This document shows positions 7,951 through 17,565 of a stretch of DNA of 64,000 nt, piece by piece. The DNA lies in assembly GCA_963804995.1 (NCBI GenBank), contig CAWDSK010000005.1, positions 128,001 through 192,000 of the forward strand, read 5' to 3'. The position numbers and the translations under genes were made by a program. The notes beneath the pieces are model-generated. The model saw nothing but the letters and a program-made list of their open reading frames with translations. It had not been told where the DNA came from and did no database searches. Origin of the DNA: an uncultured Acidobacteriota bacterium. Its GTDB lineage: Bacteria; Acidobacteriota; Terriglobia; UBA7540. The first letter of the stretch is position 1; each line of letters opens with the position of its first letter.

Positions 7951-8175
7951 ATGAGATGTCCAAAGTGCGGAGCCATTACGGAAGTAAGACAGAAACGCGG
8001 GCCCTTTCGCGACCGCCGCTGCGTTAATCCAGCCTGCATTTTTGGTTTTACCACCTGCGAGAACCTCGCGACTCAGAACGAACACCAGCGCATAAACGCC
8101 AAGGCCCTGGCGCGGCGATGCGAAGAAGGCGTTTATTCACCTGCCGAGCTGCAGAAGGCAGCAGCCGCGGGGTAG
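7951..8175 (+). CDS. Zn-ribbon protein (NrdR-N / Ogr-Delta-like)
   Basis: GGAGG RBS; MRCPKCG...RRCVNPAC...FTTCE. Confidence 0.7.
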   Translation: MRCPKCGAITEVRQKRGPFRDRRCVNPACIFGFTTCENLATQNEHQRINAKALARRCEEGVYSPAELQKAAAAG

Positions 8176-8338
8176 GAACATGGACGTGGTTGATTGAAGG
8201 CCTTTGATTTGCATGAACCGGGGATCGCGAGAACAGCGATCAGCGGTCAGCAATCAGTTTGGGCTACTCTCCATACGCCGTCTGAGCGCATGGCAGATTG
8301 CACAACTCGCACCAGCCGCGATGTCTGCGTGGACTTCT

Positions 8339-9682
8339 TTAGGGAATGGGAAGCTGGGAGCGGTCCTGCCGCCGGGCGACCTTTTTTTGCAGCCTCTCCA
8401 GGCGGTGCGCGAAGCGGGGTGTGTGCTTTTGTAGGGCCAGGGCTTGCCCCGGCTCCAGGCCGGCCCCAGGGGCGGCTCCACCTGCCAGACGTTCGAGGGC
8501 GGCCAAGGTAAATTCCATCGCGCCTTTCGGATCGCGCCGATGGTGCTCGTAATGAATTGCCAACTCCTCCAAGGCTTCGAGAGCCAGCGGGGACGGCCGC
8601 CGGGTGAGCTCGAGCCAAGTCTCTACAGCCAATTCGTGTCGGTGCTGCCGCTTGTACTGCAAGGCCAACTGGTGCAGCGCTCGGGCCGCGATTTCTTCCG
8701 GCAAACCGCCGGAGAGGGCCCGCTGGCAGGTCTCAACCGATTGCTGCCTTGAGCCCGCGGTTTCAAACATGCGGCTGAGGCTGAAGAGATCCACGGGAGA
8801 GTCGAGGGTGCTCGCGCCCGCGTCGCCAATGGCTCGGGCCAATTCCACGGTCACGGCGGCGAGGGTGATGATATCCAGCGCATTGTGGTAGAACACGGGT
8901 TGGAGGCCGCGCGCGTCACCGGTGCGCAGGTAATCAAAGTAAATGCCGGGGATTTCTGAGCCGGCCACGTCGCCTTCGCGGCCGATTCCCAGCACCGCGC
9001 TTTCGAGGTCGGTCAGCTTGCAACTCTCCAGGCGCAGTTTCCAGAGGCGCCGGGCTGGGTGCAGGGCATCGAGGTGCAGCAGTCTCGCGAAAGGCGACCG
9101 CAACCGCGCCAGGGCGTAGCGGGTCTCGAGCAGCGGCACGTCGAACGTCTTTCCGTTGTAGGTTACCAGACCCTCGCAGGCCCCCAGCACTTCCGCCAAG
9201 TCTTGCAGGATGGCCTTCTCTTCCGGATAATCCCGCAAAAAGAACTGCCTCACTACGAATTGAGTTCCTTCGACCGTGCCGATCCCGATCAGGAACGCAC
9301 AGGTTCCCGTTCCACCTGCGAGGCCTGTGGTTTCGGTGTCGAGGTAAACCAGCCGCTCGGGCGCGGGCATGGCGGCCTGGGGGAAAAGCAGATTCAGCGG
9401 GGTTAAGTCGGCCGTCGAGATGTCACCGATGCGCAGCTTGCCGTAGGGCCTGCCGAAGGGAAAGGCCTGCCGGGCCACAAAGTATTCACCCCAATCGTTT
9501 TTGGCCAGGGCGCCATCCACGTACTCCTCGATGCCTTTGGCCACTCGCTGCGCGGGGAGCTGGCGCGGTTCGGGCGGCTGGTCCAGTCGACGCAGGTATT
9601 CGAGTGTTTGCTCGAGCTCGCGATCAGGGTCGCGAGGCTGGGCGGCCTTCTTAAGCTGGCGAAGTTTTTGATCGAGGTTCAC
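8339..9682 (-). CDS. RNase_H_2 (DnaQ-like) exonuclease with TPR C-terminus, YprB/MrfB-like
   Basis: YLDTETTGLAGG, VTYNGKTFD, HNALD motifs; EELAIHYEH TPR region; GTG start at 9682 preferred. Confidence 0.88.
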   Translation of the reverse strand: MNLDQKLRQLKKAAQPRDPDRELEQTLEYLRRLDQPPEPRQLPAQRVAKGIEEYVDGALAKNDWGEYFVARQAFPFGRPYGKLRIGDISTADLTPLNLLFPQAAMPAPERLVYLDTETTGLAGGTGTCAFLIGIGTVEGTQFVVRQFFLRDYPEEKAILQDLAEVLGACEGLVTYNGKTFDVPLLETRYALARLRSPFARLLHLDALHPARRLWKLRLESCKLTDLESAVLGIGREGDVAGSEIPGIYFDYLRTGDARGLQPVFYHNALDIITLAAVTVELARAIGDAGASTLDSPVDLFSLSRMFETAGSRQQSVETCQRALSGGLPEEIAARALHQLALQYKRQHRHELAVETWLELTRRPSPLALEALEELAIHYEHHRRDPKGAMEFTLAALERLAGGAAPGAGLEPGQALALQKHTPRFAHRLERLQKKVARRQDRSQLPIP

Positions 9683-9695
9683 AAGCAAACCAAAC

Positions 9696-9768
9696 CGCAG
9701 AGACGCAGAGACGCTGAGGGCGAAGCTTCGGTTTTCAAATCTCAGCGCCTCCGCGCCTCTGCGGTGAG
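9696..9768. repeat. REP-like palindrome (CACCGCAGAG type)
   Basis: CGCAGAGACGCAGAGACGCTGAG..CTCAGCGCCTCCGCGCCTCTGCGG; relatives at ~12435-12565 and ~50986-51063. Confidence 0.6.
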
Positions 9769-12220
9769 ACAGTGTCAATCATACGGCGTAGAATCTCCAG
9801 CGCGACCTCTTTCCCTTTTTCTCCGATTTCCCCCACCGGCCCCACGCAGGAGGGGCATCCCGTGGGGCAGGGGCACTCTGCGATCAGCTTGTGAGTCTTC
9901 TGAGCAACGAGTCGGCCAGCCGGAACAGCGGCTCGCTCAGCCCCACGCCTCCGGGGTAGGAATCGTAGAGATAGATGTTAGGCTCGAACACCTTTCGCAC
10001 CACCGTGCGCTTGCCCAGCTTTTCGATGGGAGCTTCGGGTTCTCCGGAAACTTCCAGCTCGGCGTTCTCTCCCACGGAAGTCCCCAGGTCACGAGCGTCG
10101 CACATGACGAGCAGCGTGGCAATAGCTCCCAGGGCATTCGCGAGGCCGTTCACGCCGTCGAGCCGCTCGGTGGAATTGTAAGGCAAGGTATCCATCATGG
10201 GGCGTGGCAGGGTCAGCCAAAACGCGGTGGTGTGCATCTCCTGCTCAGGCAGGGTCAGCTCACCCGAGCCTACGTTTTCCATGGTGTAGAACTTGATCTT
10301 CTTGAAGCCTACCACCTGTGTGTTTACCTGAACTTCGCCGTGATTCTTGCTCGCGGCCCCGCCTGCAGGCCGAAGCTTGAATGCTGTCTCCCCATCGGCC
10401 GTAGGCCCTTGGGCGGGCGTAGGCCCAGCCGGAGCGGAGTCGAACGTCTCCAGGATTTTGATTTTGGTGTATGAGATGGCGTCAGTGAAGTATTCGGAAT
10501 CAACATGATGCACGTAGGCCTTCCGATCGTCGTAGTCGAGGCGCTCGACGTGATATTGCACGCCATCCTGGATGTAGATGGCTTTCTCGTGCAGCGTGGT
10601 GAGGGCGCTGGAGAAGTCCGTCTCACCGATCACCCGCGGTTCGTGCGTGTTATCCACGATCACGAAGTTGTCCGAGGAAACGGAGCGCAGGCTGATGGCG
10701 TCGGCGGGATAGCTTTCCGACAGCCAGTGCCAACCGTCTGAGGTGTGATGCAGAAAGCCGGTCTCTTCCAGGTGCTCGCAGAGCCGCTTTAGATCGAGTG
10801 CGCCGAATTTTTCGTCCTCGCGCAAGGGCAATTCGAATGCCGCGCACTTCAGATGATTGAGAAGGATAAAGAGATTGTCGGGGTTCACGTAGCCGTGCTC
10901 GGGGGAGCGGCCGAAAAAGTACTCAGGGTTCTGCACCATGAATTGGTCGAGCGGGGCGCTCGAGGCGATGAGCACTGCGGCTGAGATTCCTTGTCGACGC
11001 CCGGCGCGGCCCGCGCGTTGCCAGGTGGAGGCAATCGTTCCCGGATACGCGGCGAGCAGCGCCACATCCAGGCTGCCGATATCGATTCCGAGTTCGAGAG
11101 CGTTGGTCGCCACCACACCGCGCAACTGGCCGCTGCGCAAGTCACGCTCAATGGCGCGGCGCTCCAGCGGCAAGTAGCCTCCGCGATATCCACGCACCGC
11201 TTCCGGCCCCGCGGGCGCTTGTGAGAAATCTTCCTTGAGATAAGTCACCAGGATTTCAGTGGCCAGGCGGCTGTTGGCGAAGACGATGGTCTGAAGCCCG
11301 CGCGAGAGGAAGGTCCGCGCCAGGCGCCGCGTTTCATTCAAGTACGACCGGCGGATCCCCAACTGCGGGTTGACCACGGGCGGGTTGTAACAGACGAAGT
11401 ATTTCTCCGCCGCCGGCGCCCCGTTGTCGTCAATGAGCGTCACATCCTCTTCCAGGATGCGGGCGGCAAGCTCTTGAGGATTGGCAATCGTCGCCGAGGT
11501 ACAAATGAACTGCGGATGACTTCCGTAAAAATGTGCCACGCGCTTGAGCCGGCGCAGGACATTACCCAGGTGGCTGCCCAGAACCCCGCGATAGTAGTGC
11601 AGCTCGTCGATGACCACGTAGCGCAGGTTTTCAAACAGCCGCTGCCACTTGGTGTGGTGAGGCAGGATGCCGGCGTGCAGCATGTCAGGATTGGTGATCA
11701 CCAGATTGCCGCGCGCGCGAATGGCTTTGCGAGCATCCTGCGGCGTGTCACCGTCGTAAGTGAAGGTGCGAATTTCATCGCCGAGCTGCTCGGTCCAGCG
11801 ATTCAGCTCTACGAGCTGGTCCTGCGAGAGGGCTTTGGTGGGGAAAAGATAAAGCGCATGAGCCTCAGGGTTCTCAATAAGCTCGCTCAGGATCGGCAGG
11901 TTGTAACACAAGGTCTTGCCCGATGCCGTGGGCGTGACGACCACCAGGTTCTTGCCCTCACGCGCCAGATCGAAGGCCAGCGCCTGGTGGGTATACAATG
12001 AGGGAAACCCGCGAGCCTTCAGAACCTCCGCAAGCCGGGAGGGCAGAGAAGTGGGGAAGGGCGCCACGCGCGGCTCGCGAGCGGGGAAGTGCCGGATTGC
12101 GGTCACGCCGCCTTGGGCACGTGAGGCACGGAACTTTTCTGCGATTTCCTTGAGCGCGCTTTCGACGGGGGCGAGATCCTTCGGTTGGAAGCTTATTAAG
12201 GCGTCGGCTTTCGGTTCCAT
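9735..12220 (-). CDS. DEAD/DEAH-box helicase with DUF1998 (YprA/MrfA/Hrq1-like); 1-nt deletion at ~9902
   Basis: PTASGKT, DELH, SAT, ALELGID, QRAGRAGR motifs; CPCPTGCPSC cluster continues in another frame to a stop at 9735. Confidence 0.92.
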
Positions 12221-12657
12221 CCCAAATCCCTTCCCAAGTGTCAGGCATTAGATTGACAAAAGCGACTATCCCACCACTCCCCAATAATAGGCCCTATACG
12301 GTGCTCCGATCAGGGTTGTCCCATGCCTTCGCCTTTTATTCGCTCACTTTAGCACAGTCAGGAGGCCGCTCAAAGAAGAGAGTTAGAAGGAATGGGGATC
12401 TTATCTCCCAGCGCGGTTGTAGGCCGCAAGATTTCACCAAGGCGCCGATAGAGGTCACGGAGAGCAGGTTCAGATGAAGAATTTGGGTTAACAAGTTAAG
12501 GAGCCGCCCGCCCTTGCGGCGCAAGCAGGAGTTCTTTTCTCAGTGATCTCTGTGTGCTCCGTGGTAGGCCCTTCCTGCCGCCTGAAGAAAACGAATCAGC
12601 CGGGCGAAATATCCGGCAAGACACGTCCGGGGTCGAAAGAATCGGGCATACAGTCGA

Positions 12658-12686
12658 TTGACTTTGCCCTTTCATAATCTGATAAT
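12658..12686 (+). promoter_or_regulatory. Sigma70-type promoter candidate for the fused E1 gene
   Basis: TTGACT-17 bp-GATAAT. Confidence 0.4.
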
Positions 12687-12759
12687 CTGGGTTGGGAAGA
12701 GTCGAAGTCTGCTGTGGGAACTGGAATTTCTGCCGGCACCTAACGTCCTACGAGGGACT

Positions 12760-14874
12760 ATGTCTACCACTACAAACCATGTCCTGAAGGCTGCCAAGCT
12801 CTCACGGGGGTTACTTCTGGGCGCGTACCGAACCATGTACACATCGCGCCGCGTGGATGAAAAAGAGATCCAGCTCAAGCGTCAGAATCGAGCCTTTTTC
12901 CAGATCAACGGGGTGGGGCACGAATGCATCGGTGTCGCCACAGCATTGCACCTCAGACCTGGATACGACTGGTTTTATCCTTACTATCGCGACCGGGCAT
13001 TCTGTCTCCAGATTGGCATGACGCCGCACGAGATGCTGCTGGCTTCCGTGGGAGCGAAGGACGATCCCGTCTGCGGCGGCCGTCAGATGCCTTCGCATTG
13101 GGGATCGAAGAAGCTTCACATCATAACGGGCTCGAGCCCCACCGGCACACGCATCCTGCATGCTGTGGGTGCGGCGGAAGCCAGTTGGTACTTCTCCCAA
13201 ATCCAGGAAGCGGCGGAGCTTGCCTCCAGTTTTCACGATGACGAGGTCGCTTACGTCTCACTGGGCGACGGCGCTTCGAGCGAAGGTGAATTTTGGGAGT
13301 CGCTCAACTGGGCTTGCGGCCGGAAGCTGCCGGTCCTTTACGTGGTCCAGGACAATGGCTACGCGATCTCGGTGCCGGTCGATATCCAGACCGCCGGGGG
13401 AAGCATTTCCCGCCTGGTGCGAAGTTTTCCCAATCTGCTGACGCTGGAGTGTGATGGCACGGATTTTCCCGAGAGCTACGAGGCGGTGGGGAAGGCGGTC
13501 GAGCACGTCCGCCAGCGGAAGGGGCCGGCGCTGATTCATGCTCACGTGGTTCGTCCCTACTCGCATTCGCTCTCTGATGACGAGCGGACGTACAAGCCGG
13601 AGGAAGTTCGCCAACAGGAAGCCAAGCGTGACCCGGTCATCCGGCTGGCCAAGCTCCTCCAACAAGAAAAGCTGGTCACGGAAAGGGAGTTGAAGGAGAT
13701 GGAGGCGGAGGTCGAGCATGGCGTGCGCGAGGCCGCGGACCGGGCGCTCGAGGCCGAGCCCGTCTCGCCTGACACCGTGCTGCGGTACATCTACTCGCCC
13801 AGCGCGGATCCCACCTCCGGGCAATTCGATCATCCGCCCAAGTTTCACGGTGAGCCCAAGACGATGGTGGACCTCATCAACGCCTGCCTGCGGGACGAGA
13901 TGACCCGCGATCCGCGCGTGGTGGTCTTTGGCGAGGACGTTGCCGACTGCGGCCATGAAAGCGATTTGACGAAAGTAAAAGGCAAGGGCGGTGTTTTCAA
14001 AGTCACCCACGGCTTGCAGAGGCATTTCGGCGGCACGCGCTGCTACGACACATCCCTGGCGGAAGCCTGCATCGTGGGCCGCGCCATCGGCATGGCCACG
14101 CGAGGGCTGAAGCCCGTGGTGGAGATTCAGTTCTTTGATTACATCTGGCCGGCGATGATGCAGATTCGGGATGAAATGATCAACCTGCGCTGGCGGTCCA
14201 ATAATATGTTTGCCTGCCCGCTGGTCATCCGTGCGCCCATCGGCGGCTACCTGGCGGGCGGCGCCATTTACCACAGCCAGTCCGGGGAATCGATCTTCAC
14301 TCACCTGCCGGGACTGCGCGTGGTGATGCCCTCCACCGCGCTCGATGCCAACGGCTTGCTGCGCACGGCGATCCGTTCCGACGACCCGGTGCTCTTCCTT
14401 GAGCCCAAACATCTCTACCGCCAGACGCACAATCGCTCCCCCTACCCGGGACCCGATTACATGATTCCCTTCGGCAAAGCCAAGCTGGTGCGCGAGGGGA
14501 CGTCGTTGACGATTGTGACTTATGGATCGCTGGTGGTTCGCTCCGTACAGGCCGCCAAGGTTCTGGAGCAAGAGGGAATTCAGCCGGAGATCCTGGATTT
14601 GCGCTCCCTCAGCCCCTATGACTGGGATCTGATTGCGGCGTCGGTGAAAAAGACGAACCGCGTCCTGGTTCTTCACGAGGATTGTATCTCCTGGGGCTAC
14701 GGAGCCGAGATTGCCGCCCGGATTGCCGATGAGCTGTTTGAGTTCCTCGATGCGCCGGTGCGCCGCCTGGCGGGGAAGGACGTCTTCGTTCCCTATCACC
14801 CCGTGCAGGAAGATGCGGTGCTTCCCCAACCCGCGGATATTGTGCAGGTGGCGACAGCCTTAGCGGCGTACTGA
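12760..14874 (+). CDS. 2-oxoacid dehydrogenase E1, fused alpha+beta (branched-chain type likely)
   Basis: [11 protein letters not shown] ThDP motif, HSLSDD loop, FGEDVA, EIQFFDY, YHSQS, transketolase C domain. Confidence 0.9.
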   Translation: MSTTTNHVLKAAKLSRGLLLGAYRTMYTSRRVDEKEIQLKRQNRAFFQINGVGHECIGVATALHLRPGYDWFYPYYRDRAFCLQIGMTPHEMLLASVGAKDDPVCGGRQMPSHWGSKKLHIITGSSPTGTRILHAVGAAEASWYFSQIQEAAELASSFHDDEVAYVSLGDGASSEGEFWESLNWACGRKLPVLYVVQDNGYAISVPVDIQTAGGSISRLVRSFPNLLTLECDGTDFPESYEAVGKAVEHVRQRKGPALIHAHVVRPYSHSLSDDERTYKPEEVRQQEAKRDPVIRLAKLLQQEKLVTERELKEMEAEVEHGVREAADRALEAEPVSPDTVLRYIYSPSADPTSGQFDHPPKFHGEPKTMVDLINACLRDEMTRDPRVVVFGEDVADCGHESDLTKVKGKGGVFKVTHGLQRHFGGTRCYDTSLAEACIVGRAIGMATRGLKPVVEIQFFDYIWPAMMQIRDEMINLRWRSNNMFACPLVIRAPIGGYLAGGAIYHSQSGESIFTHLPGLRVVMPSTALDANGLLRTAIRSDDPVLFLEPKHLYRQTHNRSPYPGPDYMIPFGKAKLVREGTSLTIVTYGSLVVRSVQAAKVLEQEGIQPEILDLRSLSPYDWDLIAASVKKTNRVLVLHEDCISWGYGAEIAARIADELFEFLDAPVRRLAGKDVFVPYHPVQEDAVLPQPADIVQVATALAAY

Positions 14875-15011
14875 ATAGGGATTTGGGGTTAGGGATTAGG
14901 GATTGGGGGTCCAGGACACCAACTCCTTTGTTTATTTGCGGCCCCATTTGATTTCATCATCGGATTCTGAAAATCCAAATCTCGCCCGATTCCCCTATTT
15001 CGAATCCTGAG

Positions 15012-15067
15012 CCCCAAACCCCAAACCCCAAACCCCAAACCCCAAACCCCAAACCCCAAACCCCTAA
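15012..15067. repeat. Heptamer tandem repeat (CCCCAAA)7 CCCCTAA
   Basis: Read directly; complementary G-rich heptamers at 14877-14909. Confidence 0.95.
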
Positions 15068-15241
15068 CCTCACCCGACCTCCTCGGCCCTCGTCGAGCCG
15101 GACATGCAGATTTCCCTCCTCATTTGATTCATTTTCTTACCTGACACCGCCGATTATCGATATGGGAAAGTGTGACACGGCAGGAGGGTGATCGGTTGGG
15201 TGCTGGGCCGTCAGTTCATCAGCACAAGGCAAGAATCCATA

Positions 15242-15729
15242 GCCCTCTCCGAGGGGAGAGGGTGGACCGCCGCCGGCGCTTTTATCAGCCGGGGCGGGAC
15301 GGGTGAGGGGTCACTTTGTGATGAGGTAGATGGGCCGAGGATCATGACCGCCTACCTCCCAAGGTGCGGCACTTATGCGCCACGACGGTAATCGGGAGAT
15401 CGGGACAATGAGGCTTTGAGTGATTTTGCGATTGGGCGATTTGGTAATTTTCAAACCTCCAGCCGATTTTTGGCTCAGGTTTGGGTACCAACGCGCCGAT
15501 AACCGATACGGGGAAGTGTGTCACGGTGCGGTTGGGGGTCTGTTGGGGGAATGGAGCAGCGGGACATCGGTTAATCAGCAAGAGGTGAGAAGTCATGGCC
15601 CTCTCCGAGGGGAGAGGGTGGCGCGCTGCCAGCGTTTTCATCAGCCGGGGCGCGACGGGCCTACGCCCACCGAAGGGGCACATGGAGACTGTAAACAACT
15701 TCGGCTTCGGCCCGCAGGCGGGTGAGGGG
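15242..15729. repeat. Two copies of the GCCCTCTCC-GGAGAGGG..GGGTGAGGGG palindromic repeat with shared upstream flank
   Basis: Copies at 15242-15310 and 15597-15729; further copies at ~43979-44052 and 58007-58075 (inverted). Confidence 0.8.
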
Positions 15730-15882
15730 TCACTTCCCAGGCGGTGCATATTGACCGAACGTTGTGACCGCATACATGCCAAAATACGCCACGTATGCGC
15801 CACCCCCCCAATTCCCAACCCCGAACCCCTAACCCCGAGCTTTGCGGGGCGGCGGACCTCCCTGACACGGCCGAATGGTGTG

Positions 15883-16021
15883 GTAGCGCAGACCTCCGCT
15901 TTTGAGGTCTGCGGTTCTTCGTAAAGTTCACGCTATCGAATCCGAGGGCGGTCCCCCTCATGGTCATCTGAGATTTATCGCAGGAAGAGCCGCGGACCTC
16001 AAATGCGGAGGTCCGCGCTAC
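15883..16021. repeat. 139-bp REPIN (GTAGCGCRGACCTC family)
   Basis: Two inverted GTAG hairpin REPs around a spacer; partial copy ends at 16313. Confidence 0.85.
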
Positions 16022-16353
16022 GCTCCTTCTCGCGCCGGCTCGGCGTCTTGCGGTACCTGCCGGGGAGCGCCGGCTACACCTACGACGCGGCGGGGAATCG
16101 CACCAGCAAGACGGCCGTCCAGCAGGCGGACCCCAATCCCGTTTCGACCGCGTACATGCCATAATGCGGGGCGCCAGCCTGCCGATGCATCGGGGCGGTT
16201 CTTCGTGTGTCATCTGAGTGAATGTATCGTGGCAAATACGCCGCCTGAGTTTGGGATTTGAGGAATTTTTCAAATGAAGTACCGCGGACCCCAAAAACGG
16301 GGGACCGCGCTACAAAGCTGATTCCCTAATTACGTGTCCCGTGCCCCGCTCTA

Positions 16354-16509
16354 TCAGCCGATTCCGAGTTCATCAATCTTCTCGAGCGGCGTTCCACACT
16401 TGCGGCAGATGACTGCCGCGCAGTCGCCACACACGAGCGGCTCTGATACTTCCTCTTTGCAAACCGGGCAGTAGAGGGCCTCGCGTTCGCCATCTGTCGA
16501 GTCGGCCAT
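16354..16509 (-). CDS. 51-aa protein with three CxxC pairs (not in ORF track)
   Basis: AAGGAGG RBS; MADSTDGEREALYCPVCKEEVSEPLVCGDCAAVICRKCGTPLEKIDELGIG. Confidence 0.8.
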   Translation of the reverse strand: MADSTDGEREALYCPVCKEEVSEPLVCGDCAAVICRKCGTPLEKIDELGIG

Positions 16510-16519
16510 TCATTCCTCC

Positions 16520-17194
16520 TTATGATTTGCCCCGCGGCCAAGCATCCTGAGAAACGGAACTGCCGCCGAGGCTGGCAAGGAATTCGCGCAACGCCTTCTG
16601 AACCTCTTCCAGCTTTCCGGTAAAAAAGTGGTCGGCGTCCTGGACCCAGTGAATCTGTTTTGGCTCCGCGAGGCGGTCATAGAGCGCTTGGACCTCGGCA
16701 CGCGATCCGAATTCATCGCGGGTTCCCTGGATGAGCAGTTTCGGTTTGCGCACGTCCAGAAGGAAACTGAAGTCGCTCGAGTCCACCGGCACGCCCAAAC
16801 CTACGAGCGTAGAAACGCGCGGGTCGGTCGCTCCCACGGCCAAGCCCACCCAGGATCCGAAAGAGAATCCCATCAAACAAACTGGCAATCCCGGAAAGCG
16901 TGCCGCAAGGAAGTCCAGAGCCGCACGAACATCTTCGCGTTCGCCGACGCCTGAAGCATGGTTCCCCGCGCTCTTGCCCGCTCCCCGGAAGTTGAAACGA
17001 AGGGTGGGGAGGCCGACTTCGATCGCGGCCTTGGCGGCGCGAAAGACCACCTTGTTGTGCATCGTCCCGCCGTAAAGCGGGTGCGGGTGGCAAACCAGGG
17101 CCACCCGAGCCGGGGCGGGCTGGGGATTCCACTCGAGCAACGCTTCGAGCGCTCCATCCGGCCCGGGAATAAAGAGTCTCTCGATCTTCGTAAT
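16520..17194 (-). CDS. Alpha/beta-fold hydrolase
   Basis: CHPHPLYGGTMHNKVV, GFSFG nucleophile elbow, ADHFF; homology runs upstream of the called start (FIPGPDGALEA), true start unclear. Confidence 0.88.
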   Translation of the reverse strand: MTKIERLFIPGPDGALEALLEWNPQPAPARVALVCHPHPLYGGTMHNKVVFRAAKAAIEVGLPTLRFNFRGAGKSAGNHASGVGEREDVRAALDFLAARFPGLPVCLMGFSFGSWVGLAVGATDPRVSTLVGLGVPVDSSDFSFLLDVRKPKLLIQGTRDEFGSRAEVQALYDRLAEPKQIHWVQDADHFFTGKLEEVQKALREFLASLGGSSVSQDAWPRGKS

Positions 17195-17565
17195 TCACCT
17201 CCGGGACACGTCATGCCCATAGACGGGCCAAATTTCCCTTGCCGCCGTTCCACGGTAGTGGTGCAGTTTGACGTAGAGGCGGCGGCATACATCCCGATCT
17301 GATCGGGACGCCGCCATGTGGCGAGGTAAACTCGCCGCTACAACATCAAACTGCACCACCCCCCCTCCCACAGCCCAGCGCATCGCCTCGAACCAGATAG
17401 TGTAGAATGAAGGCGAGTCACGCGTCATCTATCGGATGGGGGTTGGCGCAAACAAGTGTGAAGCGCAGGACGGGCTTCGGGAACGGTCGCCGCTCCAGCC
17501 GATTTGCTGAACGAACTTCTCGGTCAAGACGTAAGTGAGGTAATTCCATTCGGCTCAAAATCCTT

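Noticed and set aside
4544..8175. Intact prophage or satellite
   Set aside because: No integrase, primase, structural genes or att repeats seen
8339..12220. DISARM-type defence system
   Set aside because: No DrmA/DrmC or methyltransferase partners; pairing with an RNase_H_2-TPR gene fits MrfAB
13258..14829. 523-aa antisense ORF, and similar ones at 28737-30464, 55028-56272 and 60752-62155
   Set aside because: High-GC shadow ORFs opposite well-supported genes
15188..16294. ORFs in the 1.4-kb intergenic region
   Set aside because: Translations of repeat families; the same pseudo-peptides recur at 43881 and 58032
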